Below are positions 52,237-63,535 of a stretch of 64,000 nt of DNA, piece by piece. Every line of letters starts with the position of its first letter. The stretch's first letter is position 1. The notes below the pieces were generated by a model. It did not search any database. It had not been told where the DNA came from and worked only from the letters and a program-made list of their open reading frames with translations. The DNA comes from an uncultured Chloroflexia bacterium (GTDB lineage Bacteria; Chloroflexota; Anaerolineae; CG2-30-64-16). The position numbers were made by a program, and so were the translations under genes. Location of the stretch: positions 1 to 64,000 of the forward strand of contig CAWEMM010000009.1 in the NCBI GenBank assembly GCA_963810095.1, given 5' to 3'.

Positions 52237-53235
52237 GTGGACAACGCAAGTTTAGCTCCCACAGAAATCACCCCGGGCGGGGCGCCTGCTGCGTCGGGTG
52301 TGCGCCGGGCTGCAAAGTCCCGCAGCTTCTGGGACGACGCCTGGTACAAGTTCCGCCATAGCTGGGCCGGCATGGCCGGGCTGATCGTGTTCATCCTGCT
52401 CTGCCTCGCCGCCGTTTTCGCCAAGCAGCTCGCACCGTATGACTACCTGGACCAGAACTGGAAGGCCATTCTGCAGCCTCCATCCCCCGCGCACCTCATG
52501 GGCACCGACGATCTTGGCCGCGACGTTTTCAGCCGGGTGCTGATGGGTGGCCGGACCGCCCTGATGGTCGCGATGTGCATTACCCTGACGGGCGCCATCG
52601 TCGGCCTCCTTGTGGGCGCGTTCAGCGCCTTTGCAGGCGGCAAGGTAGATGCGGTCGTCGTTTGGATCATCGACGGAGTGATGACCTTCCCGAGCATCTG
52701 GCTCGCCGCATTCGTGAGCGTTGCGACCGCGCCCACACTCAAGACCTTGGCCGCGTCGCTCTACAAGAGCACCGGCTGGGAGTTCCTGAAAAACGAAGTC
52801 ATGATCAGCTATGCCGTGGTCGTGTTTGCCATCGGCATGATCAACTGGACATGGCCAGCACGGCTCGTCCGTAGCCAGGTGCTCTCGTTGCGCGAGCGCG
52901 AATTCGTCGAGGCGACGCTGGCTCTCGGCGGCTCGCCAAAGTGGATTACGATGAAGCACCTCGTCCCAAACGTGCTCGGCTCGATGATCGTGCTGGTAAC
53001 GCTCAGTTTCGGCAACGCCATGCTCTTCGAGTCTTCGCTGAGCTATCTCGGCATCGGCATCCGGCCCCCCGGCGCAAGCTGGGGTGCGATGATCTTCCAG
53101 GGCATGTCCAAAGTGCGCACCCACCCGTACCTGGTTCTGGCGCCCGGCATCACCCTGGCGGTCGTCGTCCTCGCCTTGCAGTTCATGGGGGACGCGTTGA
53201 ACGATGCACTCAACCCCAAGAGCCGGAACAAGTAG
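52237..53235 (+). CDS. ABC permease (OppC/DppC type)
   Basis: HLMGTDDLGRDVFSR, EFVEA..ALG, ESSLSYLGIG, GDALNDALNPK. Confidence 0.93.
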   Translation: MDNASLAPTEITPGGAPAASGVRRAAKSRSFWDDAWYKFRHSWAGMAGLIVFILLCLAAVFAKQLAPYDYLDQNWKAILQPPSPAHLMGTDDLGRDVFSRVLMGGRTALMVAMCITLTGAIVGLLVGAFSAFAGGKVDAVVVWIIDGVMTFPSIWLAAFVSVATAPTLKTLAASLYKSTGWEFLKNEVMISYAVVVFAIGMINWTWPARLVRSQVLSLREREFVEATLALGGSPKWITMKHLVPNVLGSMIVLVTLSFGNAMLFESSLSYLGIGIRPPGASWGAMIFQGMSKVRTHPYLVLAPGITLAVVVLALQFMGDALNDALNPKSRNK

Positions 53236-53245
53236 GAGGCGTGTG

Positions 53246-54283
53246 ATGATCGATTCTCAGACGCGCCTCGGTTTGCCCGGCGAGCCTTCCGCTCCCCTAC
53301 CGCGTCCGGTCCTAAGCGTAAAGGAGCTGCAGGTACAGTTCCCGACGCGCGAGGGCGTGGTTACGGCGCTCGACGGGCTCTCGATGCAGGTGATGCCCGG
53401 TGAGATCGTCGGCCTTGTGGGAGAATCGGGGTGCGGCAAATCAACCGCAGCGTTGTCGTTCATGCGCTTGATCCCCAAGCCGGGACGGATCACCGGCGGT
53501 CAAATCCTGCTCGACAGCCACGACATCGTGACTCTCAGCGAGCCGGCCATGCGCAGGCTGCGGGGACCCAGTGTGGCAATGATCTTCCAGGACGCACTCA
53601 CCGCGCTCGATCCCACGATGCCGGTCGGCAAGCAGATCGCGGAGCCACTTCAGTTGCACAAGGGCCTCTCTGCAGGCGCGGCCCGCGCTCGTGCCATCGA
53701 GCTCTTCAGCCAGGTCGGGATTCCTGAGCCAGAGCGCAGGTTCGGCCAGTACTCCCACGAATTCTCCGGCGGCATGCGACAGCGAGCGATGATTGCGGTG
53801 GCCCTGTCGTGTGGCCCGCGACTCCTTCTCGCGGACGAGCCGACCACCGCACTGGATGTCACGGTGCAGCGGCAGATCTTGCGTCTGATACGCCAGCTGC
53901 GGGACACTCTCGGTGCAGCAGTGGTCTTCATTACGCACGATGTGGGCGTCGTCGCAGAGCTGTGCACGCGTGTCATCGTGATGTACGCGGGACGGGCAGT
54001 TGAGAGCGGCTCGACCCGAAGCGTCTTCACGACTCCCGCACACCCTTACACCGCAGGCCTGCTCGGCTCTACCCTCGAGCTGACCGGCGATCGTAGCTTG
54101 CCACTTAACGCCATCCCTGGGCTTCCGCCCGAGTTGATCAACCTGCCCGCCGGCTGCGCGTTTGCGCCACGGTGTCCCCGAGCCCTCCCTCGGTGCCAGG
54201 AAGAACGGCCAGCCCTCGGGGCGGCGGGCCCCCACGCGCAGGCTGCAGAACACCAGGTCGCGTGCTGGTTGAGGGAGGCTTGA
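53246..54283 (+). CDS. ABC ATPase (OppD/DppD type)
   Basis: GESGCGKS, FSGGMRQR, DEPTTALD, HPYT, C-terminal Cys motif. Confidence 0.94.
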   Translation: MIDSQTRLGLPGEPSAPLPRPVLSVKELQVQFPTREGVVTALDGLSMQVMPGEIVGLVGESGCGKSTAALSFMRLIPKPGRITGGQILLDSHDIVTLSEPAMRRLRGPSVAMIFQDALTALDPTMPVGKQIAEPLQLHKGLSAGAARARAIELFSQVGIPEPERRFGQYSHEFSGGMRQRAMIAVALSCGPRLLLADEPTTALDVTVQRQILRLIRQLRDTLGAAVVFITHDVGVVAELCTRVIVMYAGRAVESGSTRSVFTTPAHPYTAGLLGSTLELTGDRSLPLNAIPGLPPELINLPAGCAFAPRCPRALPRCQEERPALGAAGPHAQAAEHQVACWLREA

Positions 54284-55314
54284 TGATGGTCACATCAAAT
54301 GTCCGCGGGCCCTTGCCCGGCGACGATCTGATCGTCAGCGTGCGGGGCCTGAAGACCTATTATCCCGGCCCTCACAGGAACGGGTGGCCCTGGTCGGGAA
54401 GACTGCCGGTGAAAGCAGTCGACGACGTGAGCCTGGATATCCGCCGCGGCCGGACGCTCGGGCTCGTGGGCGAGTCGGGCTGCGGAAAAACGACGGTCGG
54501 ACGCTCGCTGCTCCAGCTGGTTCGGCCCACTGCAGGCGAGGTCTTCTTCGAGGGACAGGATCTGTGCAAGCTCAAGAACGAGGAGTTGCATCCCCTCCGC
54601 AAGCACATGCAGATTATCTTCCAGGACCCCTACGCGTCCCTCGACGCGCGCTGTACCATCGGCTTCACCATCAGCGAGGGGCTGCTGATCCATAAGTTGG
54701 TGACCCAAGCGGAGCTGCGGGACCGTGTGGCCGAGTTGATGGTGACAGTCGGGCTAAACCCTGCCTTCGAGAACCGCTACCCGCACGAGTTCAGCGGGGG
54801 CCAGCGCCAGAGGGTGGGGATTGCCCGGGCGCTTGCAACCGGCCCGACCTTCATCGTCGGCGATGAACCCATTTCCGCGCTCGACGTATCGATCCAGGCG
54901 CAGATCATTAACCTGCTGCGGACGCTGCGCGACCGGTTGAACCTGACCATGCTGTTCATCTCGCACGACCTGCGCGCGGTCCGCTACTTGAGCGACAACA
55001 TCGCGGTCATGTATCTGGGTAAGGTGGTTGAGCTGGCGGCCACCGATAGCCTGTTCGCGACCCCGCTCCATCCCTACACGCAGGCTCTACTGGGTTCCGT
55101 GCCGACGCCGAGTTGGAGCGGCTCTGAGGTTGAGGCCGTCTCGCTCTCGGGCGACGTGCCCAGCCCGATCAATCCGCCGCGCGGCTGCTATTTCTCGACG
55201 CGGTGCCCGCGCGTCATGCCCAAGTGCCGCGAAACCCAGCCGGCCCTGGTTGAGGCCCAGCCGGGCCACAAGGTTGCCTGCTTCCTCGTCAGCGACGCGG
55301 CGAGCCCGATATGA
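54283..55314 (+). CDS. ABC ATPase (OppF/DppF type)
   Basis: [38 protein letters not shown]. Confidence 0.94.
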   Translation: MMVTSNVRGPLPGDDLIVSVRGLKTYYPGPHRNGWPWSGRLPVKAVDDVSLDIRRGRTLGLVGESGCGKTTVGRSLLQLVRPTAGEVFFEGQDLCKLKNEELHPLRKHMQIIFQDPYASLDARCTIGFTISEGLLIHKLVTQAELRDRVAELMVTVGLNPAFENRYPHEFSGGQRQRVGIARALATGPTFIVGDEPISALDVSIQAQIINLLRTLRDRLNLTMLFISHDLRAVRYLSDNIAVMYLGKVVELAATDSLFATPLHPYTQALLGSVPTPSWSGSEVEAVSLSGDVPSPINPPRGCYFSTRCPRVMPKCRETQPALVEAQPGHKVACFLVSDAASPI

Positions 55315-58148
55315 CAAGCGCCGGCGTGGGTAAGCCCAGCATTGTCGACCTGCGCTTCGAGCACCGGCGCGAGGCCCTCGGGATCGGCGTCGACCGTCCG
55401 CGGCTCTCTTGGGAGGTTGCGGACGCGGCTCAGGGTTGGCAGCAGGCTGCGTACGAGGTTCATGCGTGGGCTCTCGGCGGGGAGGTGTGCGGCGAGACAG
55501 GCCGGATCGAATCGGAGGATTCGGTGTTGGCGCCCTGGCCGTTCGCACCACTTCGCTCGCGCGAACGGCTTGAAGTGCGCGTGCGTGCCTGGGGCATGGA
55601 CGGCGAGCCCTCGGAGTGGAGCGAGCGCTATCCGGTCGAAGCCGGCCTGCTCGATGCGGGGGACTGGAGCGCCTCTTTTGTGACGCCGGGCTGGGATGAA
55701 GACACAAGCAACCCCCAGCCGGGCCCGTTGCTCCGCAAGGAGTTCCCGGTCGGGATGGGCGTGAAGCGGGCCCGGCTCTACGTCACCGCGCTGGGTGTTT
55801 TCGAGGCGCTGATCAACGGCGTGATAGTGGGCGATCACGTCATGGATCCGGGCTGGACCAGCTACCATCGCAGGCTCCGCTATCAAACCTTCGACGTGAC
55901 CGGGTTCCTGCATGAGGGCGTGAACGCAATCGGTGCGATGCTCGGCGACGGCTGGTATCGGGGGCGGTTGGGTTGGGATGGCGGCCGGCGCAACTGCTAC
56001 GGCGACCGCCTCGGGCTGCTCGCGCAACTGGAAATCACGTACTCGGACGGCGCGGTGCAGCGGGTGGTGACGGACGAGAGCTGGCGGTCCGCCGCGGGCC
56101 CCGTGGTCTGCAGCGACATCTACGACGGCGAGACGTACGACGCCCGCTGCGAGCGGCCCGGCTGGTGCAATGCGGGCCACGACGACGGCGAGTGGTCAAG
56201 CGTATCCTCCCTCGAACGGGACCTTCGCACGCTGGTCGCTCCCGTGGGACCGCCTGTGCGCGGCGTCGAGACGCTGTCTCCGGCGGCGATCACCACCTCC
56301 CCTTCCGGCAAGACCATCGTCGACTTCGGCCAGAACATTGTCGGCCGCGTCCGGCTCACCGTGTCGGGAGAGGCCGGGCAGACGGTTAGGATCCGCCATG
56401 CCGAAGTGCTCGAAGACGGCGAGTTGTGCACCAGGCCGCTGCGTACCGCCAAAGCCACCGACTGTTACATCTTGCGAGGCGGCGGGCAGGAAACCTGGAA
56501 CCCGCGCTTCACTTTCCACGGCTTCCGTTACGTCGAGGTCGAAGGATGGCCCGGTGTCCTGGCGGCTGTGGATATTTGCGCGGTCGTCTGCCACTCAGAC
56601 ATGGAGCGAACCGGCTGGTTCGAATGCTCAGAGCCTCTCTACAACCGCTTCTATGAGAACACGGTGTGGAGCATGCGCGGTAATTTCTTCGACGTGCCCA
56701 CCGACTGCCCTCAGCGCGACGAGAGGCTCGGCTGGACGGGCGACATCCAGCTTTTCTCGCCTGCCGCGTGCTTCCTCTACGACAGCGCCGGCTTCCTGGC
56801 TTCCTGGTTGGCCGACCTGGCGGCGGATCAGGGCGCGGACGGCGCGGTGCCGTTTGTCGTGCCGAATATCCTCATGGATCCGCCCGTTGGGGCCGCCGGC
56901 TGGGGCGACGCGGCCGTAGTTGTCCCCTGGACCCTGTACGAAAGGTTCGGCGACGCCAGGATTCTTGCGAGCCAGTACGATAGCATGGCTGCGTGGGTGG
57001 ACCACGTGGCGCGACTGAGCGGCGCGGCGCGGCTGTGGGACCGCAGCTTTCAGTTCGGCGACTGGCTCGACCCCGCCGCGCCACCGGACGACCCCGCCGC
57101 GGCGCGCACAGACCCGTGCCTCATCGCCACGGCCTACTTTGCCCGCTCTGCCGGGATCGTCGCGCGCGCCGCCGCCGCGCTCGGTCGGGACGCGGAAGCA
57201 GCGCGTTACCAAACCCTGGCCTCAGAGGTGCGGGAAGCCTTTGCACACCAGTTCGTCACCCCGGCAGGCCGGCTGCTCAGCGATACGCCCACCGCCTATG
57301 CACTCGCGATCCAGTTTGACCTGCTGCCCGGCGCTGAACAGCGCGCACAAGCCGGCGAGCGCCTGGCTGACTTGGTCCATGCGAGTGGCTACCGGATCAG
57401 CACCGGACTGCTAGGGACGCCGGCGATCTGCGACGCCCTCTGCGCGGCGGGGCAGCATGAGACCGCGCTCCACCTGTTCGATGCACGGAGATGCCCGTCC
57501 TGGCTCTATCCCGTCACCATGGGCGCGACCACGATCTGGGAACGCTGGGATAGCCTGCGTCCCGACGGCTCCGTTAATCCGGGGGCTATGACGTCGTTCA
57601 ACCACTACGCACTAGGCTCGGTCGCGGACTGGCTGTTTCGAACTGTGGGCGGCCTTGGACCGGCCGAGCCGGGGTACCATCGGCTGACCATCCAACCGAG
57701 GCCCCCCCGCAACCTCACTTATGCGGCCGTGCGGCACCGCACCCCTTACGGCATGGCCGGGTGCAAGTGGCGGATTGAGGGTGAGTGCATCGCCGTCGAC
57801 GTCCTCGTCCCGGCAAACACGACCGCCACAGTGAGTCTCCCAGGACGTGAGCTGAACACGATGGAGGTCGGTTCCGGCGTACATCACTGGCGTTACCCCT
57901 ATGTCAGGCCTGAGAGACGCCCCGCGCCCTTACTCGACAGCCCGCTCGACGACCTCTACGCCGACCCGCCGTCCTGGCACGCGGTGCTGGTGTGCTTGCT
58001 AACCTACGCGCCGGGGCTCATGGGACAGGTTGTCACGACCCAGCGTGCGAATGGCGGCATTTCTCTGCGGCAGATCTTGTCCTCGGCGCCCAACCGGACC
58101 GAAATCGGCGCGGCGCTTCTCCACCAACTCGAAGGCCTCGGGGAGTAG
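55311..58148 (+). CDS. Alpha-L-rhamnosidase (GH78)
   Basis: DFGQN, FTFHGFRYVE, PTDCPQRDERLGWTGD, FGDWLDP, GATTIWERWD, MTSFNHYA. Confidence 0.95.
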   Translation: MTSAGVGKPSIVDLRFEHRREALGIGVDRPRLSWEVADAAQGWQQAAYEVHAWALGGEVCGETGRIESEDSVLAPWPFAPLRSRERLEVRVRAWGMDGEPSEWSERYPVEAGLLDAGDWSASFVTPGWDEDTSNPQPGPLLRKEFPVGMGVKRARLYVTALGVFEALINGVIVGDHVMDPGWTSYHRRLRYQTFDVTGFLHEGVNAIGAMLGDGWYRGRLGWDGGRRNCYGDRLGLLAQLEITYSDGAVQRVVTDESWRSAAGPVVCSDIYDGETYDARCERPGWCNAGHDDGEWSSVSSLERDLRTLVAPVGPPVRGVETLSPAAITTSPSGKTIVDFGQNIVGRVRLTVSGEAGQTVRIRHAEVLEDGELCTRPLRTAKATDCYILRGGGQETWNPRFTFHGFRYVEVEGWPGVLAAVDICAVVCHSDMERTGWFECSEPLYNRFYENTVWSMRGNFFDVPTDCPQRDERLGWTGDIQLFSPAACFLYDSAGFLASWLADLAADQGADGAVPFVVPNILMDPPVGAAGWGDAAVVVPWTLYERFGDARILASQYDSMAAWVDHVARLSGAARLWDRSFQFGDWLDPAAPPDDPAAARTDPCLIATAYFARSAGIVARAAAALGRDAEAARYQTLASEVREAFAHQFVTPAGRLLSDTPTAYALAIQFDLLPGAEQRAQAGERLADLVHASGYRISTGLLGTPAICDALCAAGQHETALHLFDARRCPSWLYPVTMGATTIWERWDSLRPDGSVNPGAMTSFNHYALGSVADWLFRTVGGLGPAEPGYHRLTIQPRPPRNLTYAAVRHRTPYGMAGCKWRIEGECIAVDVLVPANTTATVSLPGRELNTMEVGSGVHHWRYPYVRPERRPAPLLDSPLDDLYADPPSWHAVLVCLLTYAPGLMGQVVTTQRANGGISLRQILSSAPNRTEIGAALLHQLEGLGE

Positions 58149-58149
58149 C

Positions 58150-61100
58150 ATGAACAGCGAGCAATTTCGTGACCCCGCGCAGGAGTACCGGGAGATTCCC
58201 TTCTGGTCGTGGAATGACCGGCTTGATGCGGGCGAGCTTCGCCGGCAGGTCAGGCTGATCAAGGAGGGCGGTTGGGGAGGCTTCTTCATGCATTCGCGTG
58301 CGGGCCTGCTCACGCCGTACATGGGCCCTGAATGGCTGGCCAGCGTTCGCATCGCCGTCGAAGAAGCCCGCTCGTGCGGGCTGCAGGCTTGGCTCTACGA
58401 CGAAGACAAGTGGCCCAGCGGCTATGCGGGCGGCGCGGGCATCGCCAGCAACCCCGAGCATCGCGCCAGGCAGCTGGTGTGCAAAGTCGACGCCCGTCCA
58501 AATCTGCTTGCCGAGCGTATCGCCACCTTTCGCGCCCGCGAAGTCGGCGGAATTCTGGTAGATATCTGCCCTGACCCTGCACCGCAGCTGACCCGGCCAG
58601 AGGACAGGCTCATCCAATTCTATCCCACTGCCATGGCGCTGGGGAACCAGATCTTCAATGACTATACCTACGTCGACCTGCTCAACGCCGGTGCGGTCGC
58701 TACTTTTCTCGATTCGACGCATGCGGTCTACGAAGCTGCAATAGGCGACGAGTTCGGGGGCGTGGTTCCGGGCGTCTTCACCGACGAGCCCTGCTTCCAG
58801 TTCCACCACTATACCTACGGTGAGTTCGGCTACCAGGCAGATGACCTGACCGTGCCCTGGACAGGCGACCTTCTCGAGTTCTTTTGTGCCGCAAACGGAT
58901 ACGACCTGCTGCCCCATTTGCCGTCGCTGTTCTTCGACACGGGTGACACCCACAAGGTCCGCTACGATTTCTACCGCACCGTCACCCGCATGTTCGTCGA
59001 GCGGTTCACCAAGCAGGTATACCGGTGGTGCGAGGCCCACGGCTTGCAATTCGCGGGCCATTTTATGGGCGAGGACACCCTGCTCTGGCAGATCCCGTGG
59101 GTCGGGGCTGTCATGCCCCACCTTGCCTCAATGCACATCCCCGGCGTCGACAAGCTCGGCCGCAGCGTCAACGACTTCGACGCCGGCATGGTGCTGACTG
59201 TCAAGCAGGTGGACAGCGTTGCGTGCCAGACGGGGAAACCGCGCACCCTCTGCGAAAATTACGGCTGTTCCGGCCAGGACTTCAGTCACGCCGGCCGCAA
59301 GTGGATCGGCGACTGGGCCTACGTCCTGGGCGCTAACCTGAACAACCCGCACATGGCCCTCTACAGCATGGCCGGCGAGCGTAAGCGGGATTGCCCGCCC
59401 AACCTCTTCTTTCAGCAACCCTGGTGGCCGGAAAACCGGTTGATTTCGGACTACTTCAGCCGGCTGAGCTACGCGCTCACTCAGGGCCAGCGCCAGGTCG
59501 ACATCCTGGTGATCCACCCCGTTGCAAGCGCGTGGGCCGTCTTCCGCCCCGGCGCTTCGGGCGAAGTGGTCCGGCTGGACCTCGGTCTGAACGACCTGCT
59601 GCTGTGCCTGATGCGATCCCAACGCGACTTCCACCTTGGAGACGAGATGCTGATGGAGCCCGGCGAGCCATGCGAAGCCCGAGTCCTGCTGGGCGCAGAG
59701 GGACCGCGACTTATGGTGGGCCAGGCTTCCTACCCGGTTGTGATCGTGCCTCCGGCGATCACCTTGTCCCGCAACACCGTGACATTGCTTCACGAGTTCG
59801 CGGCTGCCGGAGGCAGCGTGCTTGCCATCCAGCCCCTCCCGACTCGTATCGACGGCGAAGATTCCGGCCCGGTGCTGCCCGCCGGAACGCGCATCGTCTC
59901 CTGCGCGGCTGTGCCGGCTGCTCTGGACGATTGCCTCCCCTTCGACGTCAGAGTGGAGGGCCGTCCAACGATTTGGGCACATCACCGGAAATCAGGCAAA
60001 GCCGACGTCTATTTCCTCGCCAACATCGACCCCGACCAGGGGTGCGATGCGGCTGTCCAGGTGCGATCGAACGGCCGAGTGGAACGTTGGGATCCGACGA
60101 CCGGCGCCGTGACTGCGATGCTTGCGGATACGAAAGACGGGATCATGACGGTCGATCTCGCATTCCCGCCAGCGGGCTCGCACCTGATCGTCGTCCACCC
60201 CGGCGAACTTCCGCTAACCGACCGCATCCCACGACAACTGGAGGGCCATGCCATCGCGCTCGACGATGACTGGGTCATTTCGTCCTGCAGTCAGAACGCG
60301 CTTCTTCTTGACACGGCGAGCATCGAGATGGAGGGCATGACTCCGTCCGCACCGCTACCGGTGCTCGATGCGCACGGTGTGGCCTGCCGCGCGGGTCCGG
60401 GCGCCCATTTCCGCCTTCGGTTCCGGTTCAAAGTCGGCGAGCCGGTGCGAACGCCGCTTACGCTCGTCATGGAGCACCCCGAGCAATTCAGGACTTGGCT
60501 CAACGGGCGCGAAATCGAGTGGCCAACGGACGCATGCTGGTGGATCGACCCTGCGTTCCGGCAGACAGATATCACGGGGGCAGTGGTGACGGGCGCCAAC
60601 GAAGTCCTCGTCAGTGGCGTGATGACCCGTGCGACTGAGCTGGAGGCCATCTACATCACAGGGGCTTTCGGCGTCACGTCGCAGTGGATCTGCCGTGAAG
60701 ACGAGCTCGCGGGCCAGGCGTTCGACCGCTATGCCCCTGACTTCCGGCTTTGCACCTTACCGGCGACCGCCGGCCGCAGCGGGCCGTTCCACCCCCTGCG
60801 CTACGATCTGACGGCGGCCGGCTTTCCTTTCTTTGCCGGCCGTATCAAGCTGACGCGCCAGGTGGACCTTGCGATTGTTCCGCCTGGCCTGACCCTGGAG
60901 ATTCGTGGGCTACGGGCTGCGCTGGCAAACGTCAGCGTGAACGGCAAACTCGCCGGCACGTCGGCCTGGCCGCCGCATCGCGTCCCGATTGCGGCACTGG
61001 CACGGCCCGGGCGGAACGAGATCGAGCTCGAGCTCGTGGGGACGCTCCGGAACCTGCTCGGGCCGCACCATCTTGCCGGCGGGGATCCGAACCGGACGAA

Positions 61101-61188
61101 TCCCGAGCAGTTCCGGGACAAGACCCATTGGACGGCTGACTACCTGCTGACCCCCTTTGGGTTCGAGCAGGTCCGGCTGTGCTGGTAG
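58150..61188 (+). CDS. GH106-like glycoside hydrolase with GH2-type sugar-binding domain
   Basis: PFWSWN, GGFFMHSRAGL, WLYDEDKWPSG.AGG, FTDEP, GHF.GE, PGVD.L. Confidence 0.8.
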   Translation: MNSEQFRDPAQEYREIPFWSWNDRLDAGELRRQVRLIKEGGWGGFFMHSRAGLLTPYMGPEWLASVRIAVEEARSCGLQAWLYDEDKWPSGYAGGAGIASNPEHRARQLVCKVDARPNLLAERIATFRAREVGGILVDICPDPAPQLTRPEDRLIQFYPTAMALGNQIFNDYTYVDLLNAGAVATFLDSTHAVYEAAIGDEFGGVVPGVFTDEPCFQFHHYTYGEFGYQADDLTVPWTGDLLEFFCAANGYDLLPHLPSLFFDTGDTHKVRYDFYRTVTRMFVERFTKQVYRWCEAHGLQFAGHFMGEDTLLWQIPWVGAVMPHLASMHIPGVDKLGRSVNDFDAGMVLTVKQVDSVACQTGKPRTLCENYGCSGQDFSHAGRKWIGDWAYVLGANLNNPHMALYSMAGERKRDCPPNLFFQQPWWPENRLISDYFSRLSYALTQGQRQVDILVIHPVASAWAVFRPGASGEVVRLDLGLNDLLLCLMRSQRDFHLGDEMLMEPGEPCEARVLLGAEGPRLMVGQASYPVVIVPPAITLSRNTVTLLHEFAAAGGSVLAIQPLPTRIDGEDSGPVLPAGTRIVSCAAVPAALDDCLPFDVRVEGRPTIWAHHRKSGKADVYFLANIDPDQGCDAAVQVRSNGRVERWDPTTGAVTAMLADTKDGIMTVDLAFPPAGSHLIVVHPGELPLTDRIPRQLEGHAIALDDDWVISSCSQNALLLDTASIEMEGMTPSAPLPVLDAHGVACRAGPGAHFRLRFRFKVGEPVRTPLTLVMEHPEQFRTWLNGREIEWPTDACWWIDPAFRQTDITGAVVTGANEVLVSGVMTRATELEAIYITGAFGVTSQWICREDELAGQAFDRYAPDFRLCTLPATAGRSGPFHPLRYDLTAAGFPFFAGRIKLTRQVDLAIVPPGLTLEIRGLRAALANVSVNGKLAGTSAWPPHRVPIAALARPGRNEIELELVGTLRNLLGPHHLAGGDPNRTNPEQFRDKTHWTADYLLTPFGFEQVRLCW

Positions 61189-61200
61189 CCGGAGGCGGCG

Positions 61201-63523
61201 ATGCGCTCACAGCTCGACAGCTACAACGTCACATGGGCGATCCCGGCGGAGACCGACCGTGGTTCGATGCCCCTCGGCAACGGCGAGGTCGGCATCAACC
61301 TGTGGGTGCTCGCTGGTGGAGCGATCGAATTCTACCTCGCGCGCACCGACGCACGAACCGAGCTAGACCGGAGCGTCAAGCTGGGCAAGGTACGCGTCAG
61401 CTTCGCCCCCGACGCCCGGCTCACTGGTTCCGCCTTTCGGCAGACCTTGATCCTGGCTGAAGGCTGCATTGAGATCCGGTATGGCGACGAGAGCGGAAGC
61501 ACAGGCGTCGTCCACGTCTTCGTGGATGCTGAACTCCCGACCGTCTACCTGGCCGGCCGCTTTACGCATCCGCTCACCGTGATGGCGGAGTACGAGAACT
61601 GGCGAACCGGGCCGCGGCTCCACCCGGCTTCTGGCGCCTGTGAGACTGCTGATACAGTAGAACGGCTGGAAGGAGCGATCCTTTTCTACCACCGCAACGG
61701 TCCCACCATCATCCCCTTTCTGACCAAGTTGGAAGCCGTGGAGTCCGTCGCGTCCGCTATTCCCGACTGCCTGTCGGACCGCGTCTTTGGCGGACTCGTG
61801 CAGCTGGAGGGCAGCAAGCTGAGCCCTGAGGGCGGGCTGGTCACGACGGCGCCCGTTCAAGCGTTCAACCTCCAGGTCACGACACATAGCGAACAGGTCC
61901 CCGAGCTTCAAGTTTGGAAAGCCCGCGTTTCAAAACTCGCGGCCGAGGCTGCACCGCCCCCTGAAGCAAAGGAACGTACCGCGCGCTGGTGGAACGCGTA
62001 CTGGGACCAAAGCTGGATTTTCGTCGAGGGCGACCGCCCTGCCCCGCCTGAGATTGAGGACGCCCTGTTTCAACTGCGCCTCGAACCAGAGGGCGAGCGG
62101 TACGCGCCGGCCCCACCCTCAGCCGTAACTCGCGCTTACGTCCTGACACGCTTCATGTTCGCCTGCATGAGCCGTGGCGCATTCCCTATCCTGTACAGCG
62201 GCGGGTTGTTCAACGCAATGCCCGGTGGCTCGGATCAGCTCGAAGTACTGACGTTCAGCCGGCCGTTCACCGCACAGCCAGATAGCCAGCCGAACCTGGT
62301 GTGCAATCCGGACGAGCGCGGGTGGGGTCACTTCTATCTCTGGCAGAACACCCGCTTGCCCTATCACTCAATGCTGGCGCGCGGAGAAGCGAGTTGGCTG
62401 CACCGGCTCTTCGCGTTCTATCGCCGCTTCTGGGACCTGGACCGCGGCCGGGCCGCGCTCTACTATGGGGCCGAGGGCCAGTACAATACGGAGATCGTGC
62501 ACTCGTTCGGGCTGCAGCCGGATTGGGTCTACGGCCTCGAGCGCCAGGGCAAACCGGACGGCTACTCGGAAAACCGGTGGGGTGGCGCAGTGGACATTTC
62601 ACCCGGCCTGGAACTGCTCCACCTGATGCTCGACTTCTATGATTACGAGCAGGATGACGGGTTCCTGTGCGACGAGTTGATCCCTTTTGCCCGAGACCTG
62701 TTGCATTTCATCGAGACCCGGTTCACCGAGCGTAAGGCTGGCAAGCTGATGCTTCACCCCATCCAGTCCGTGGAAACGTACTGGGACACGACCGACGCGC
62801 TTCCGGTACTGGCAGGCATGACGGCGGTCGTGCGCCGAATTCTCGCATTGGCAGGCGAAAAGCTGGTCGACCGCGAGTTCTACTGCCGGATAGCGGAGAT
62901 GATCCCGGACCTACCGGTTGGGGATGCGGGCGGCGTCGACGTCCTGGCGCCCGCTCATGTATACGATTCGCAGCGTAAGAACTGCGAGGCGCCCGAGTTC
63001 TACGCCATTTTCCCTTTCCGACTCTTCGGTCCGGGCATGACGCTCGCCATCGACACCTATCGCCACGCGGCCACGATCGCGGGTAGCTTCAGGCCCTTCA
63101 CCCTCGGCCGCAGCCCTGAATACCCTAGCTATTCCGGCTGGCAGCAGCACGGGATGGTAGCCGCGCTGCTTGGACTTACCGATGACGTGCGCATCATCCT
63201 GGAGAACAACTGCGCGCTCGAGGAACCCGGGCTACCGTTTCCCAGCCATGTGGGGCCCCATCTACGACGCCGTCCCCGACATCGACCACGGGGCAAACGT
63301 CCTGACAACCTTGCAGCTAATGGCCTTTCAGGTGAATGGGGACGAGATTCGCATGCTGCCCGCCTGGCCGAAGGACTGGGACGTCTCCTTTAAGCTGCAC
63401 GCGCCCCGCGACACGACGGTCGAGTGCGTGTACCGGCGTGGCAAGATTGAGAAGCTGGCGGTAACGCCGGCGAGCCGGCGAAGTGACGTGCGCTGCCCGG
63501 CCTGGTGCCAGGTGGCAGAATAG
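61201..63523 (+). CDS. DUF5703 / GH95-like glycoside hydrolase; frameshift near 63220
   Basis: SMPLGNG, WQNTRLPY, N.E.PE.YAIFPFR, GWQQ, RFPAMWGP.YD.VPD.DHG, LPAWPKDWDVSFKLHAP. Confidence 0.8.
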
Positions 63524-63535
63524 GCGAGCAGGACT

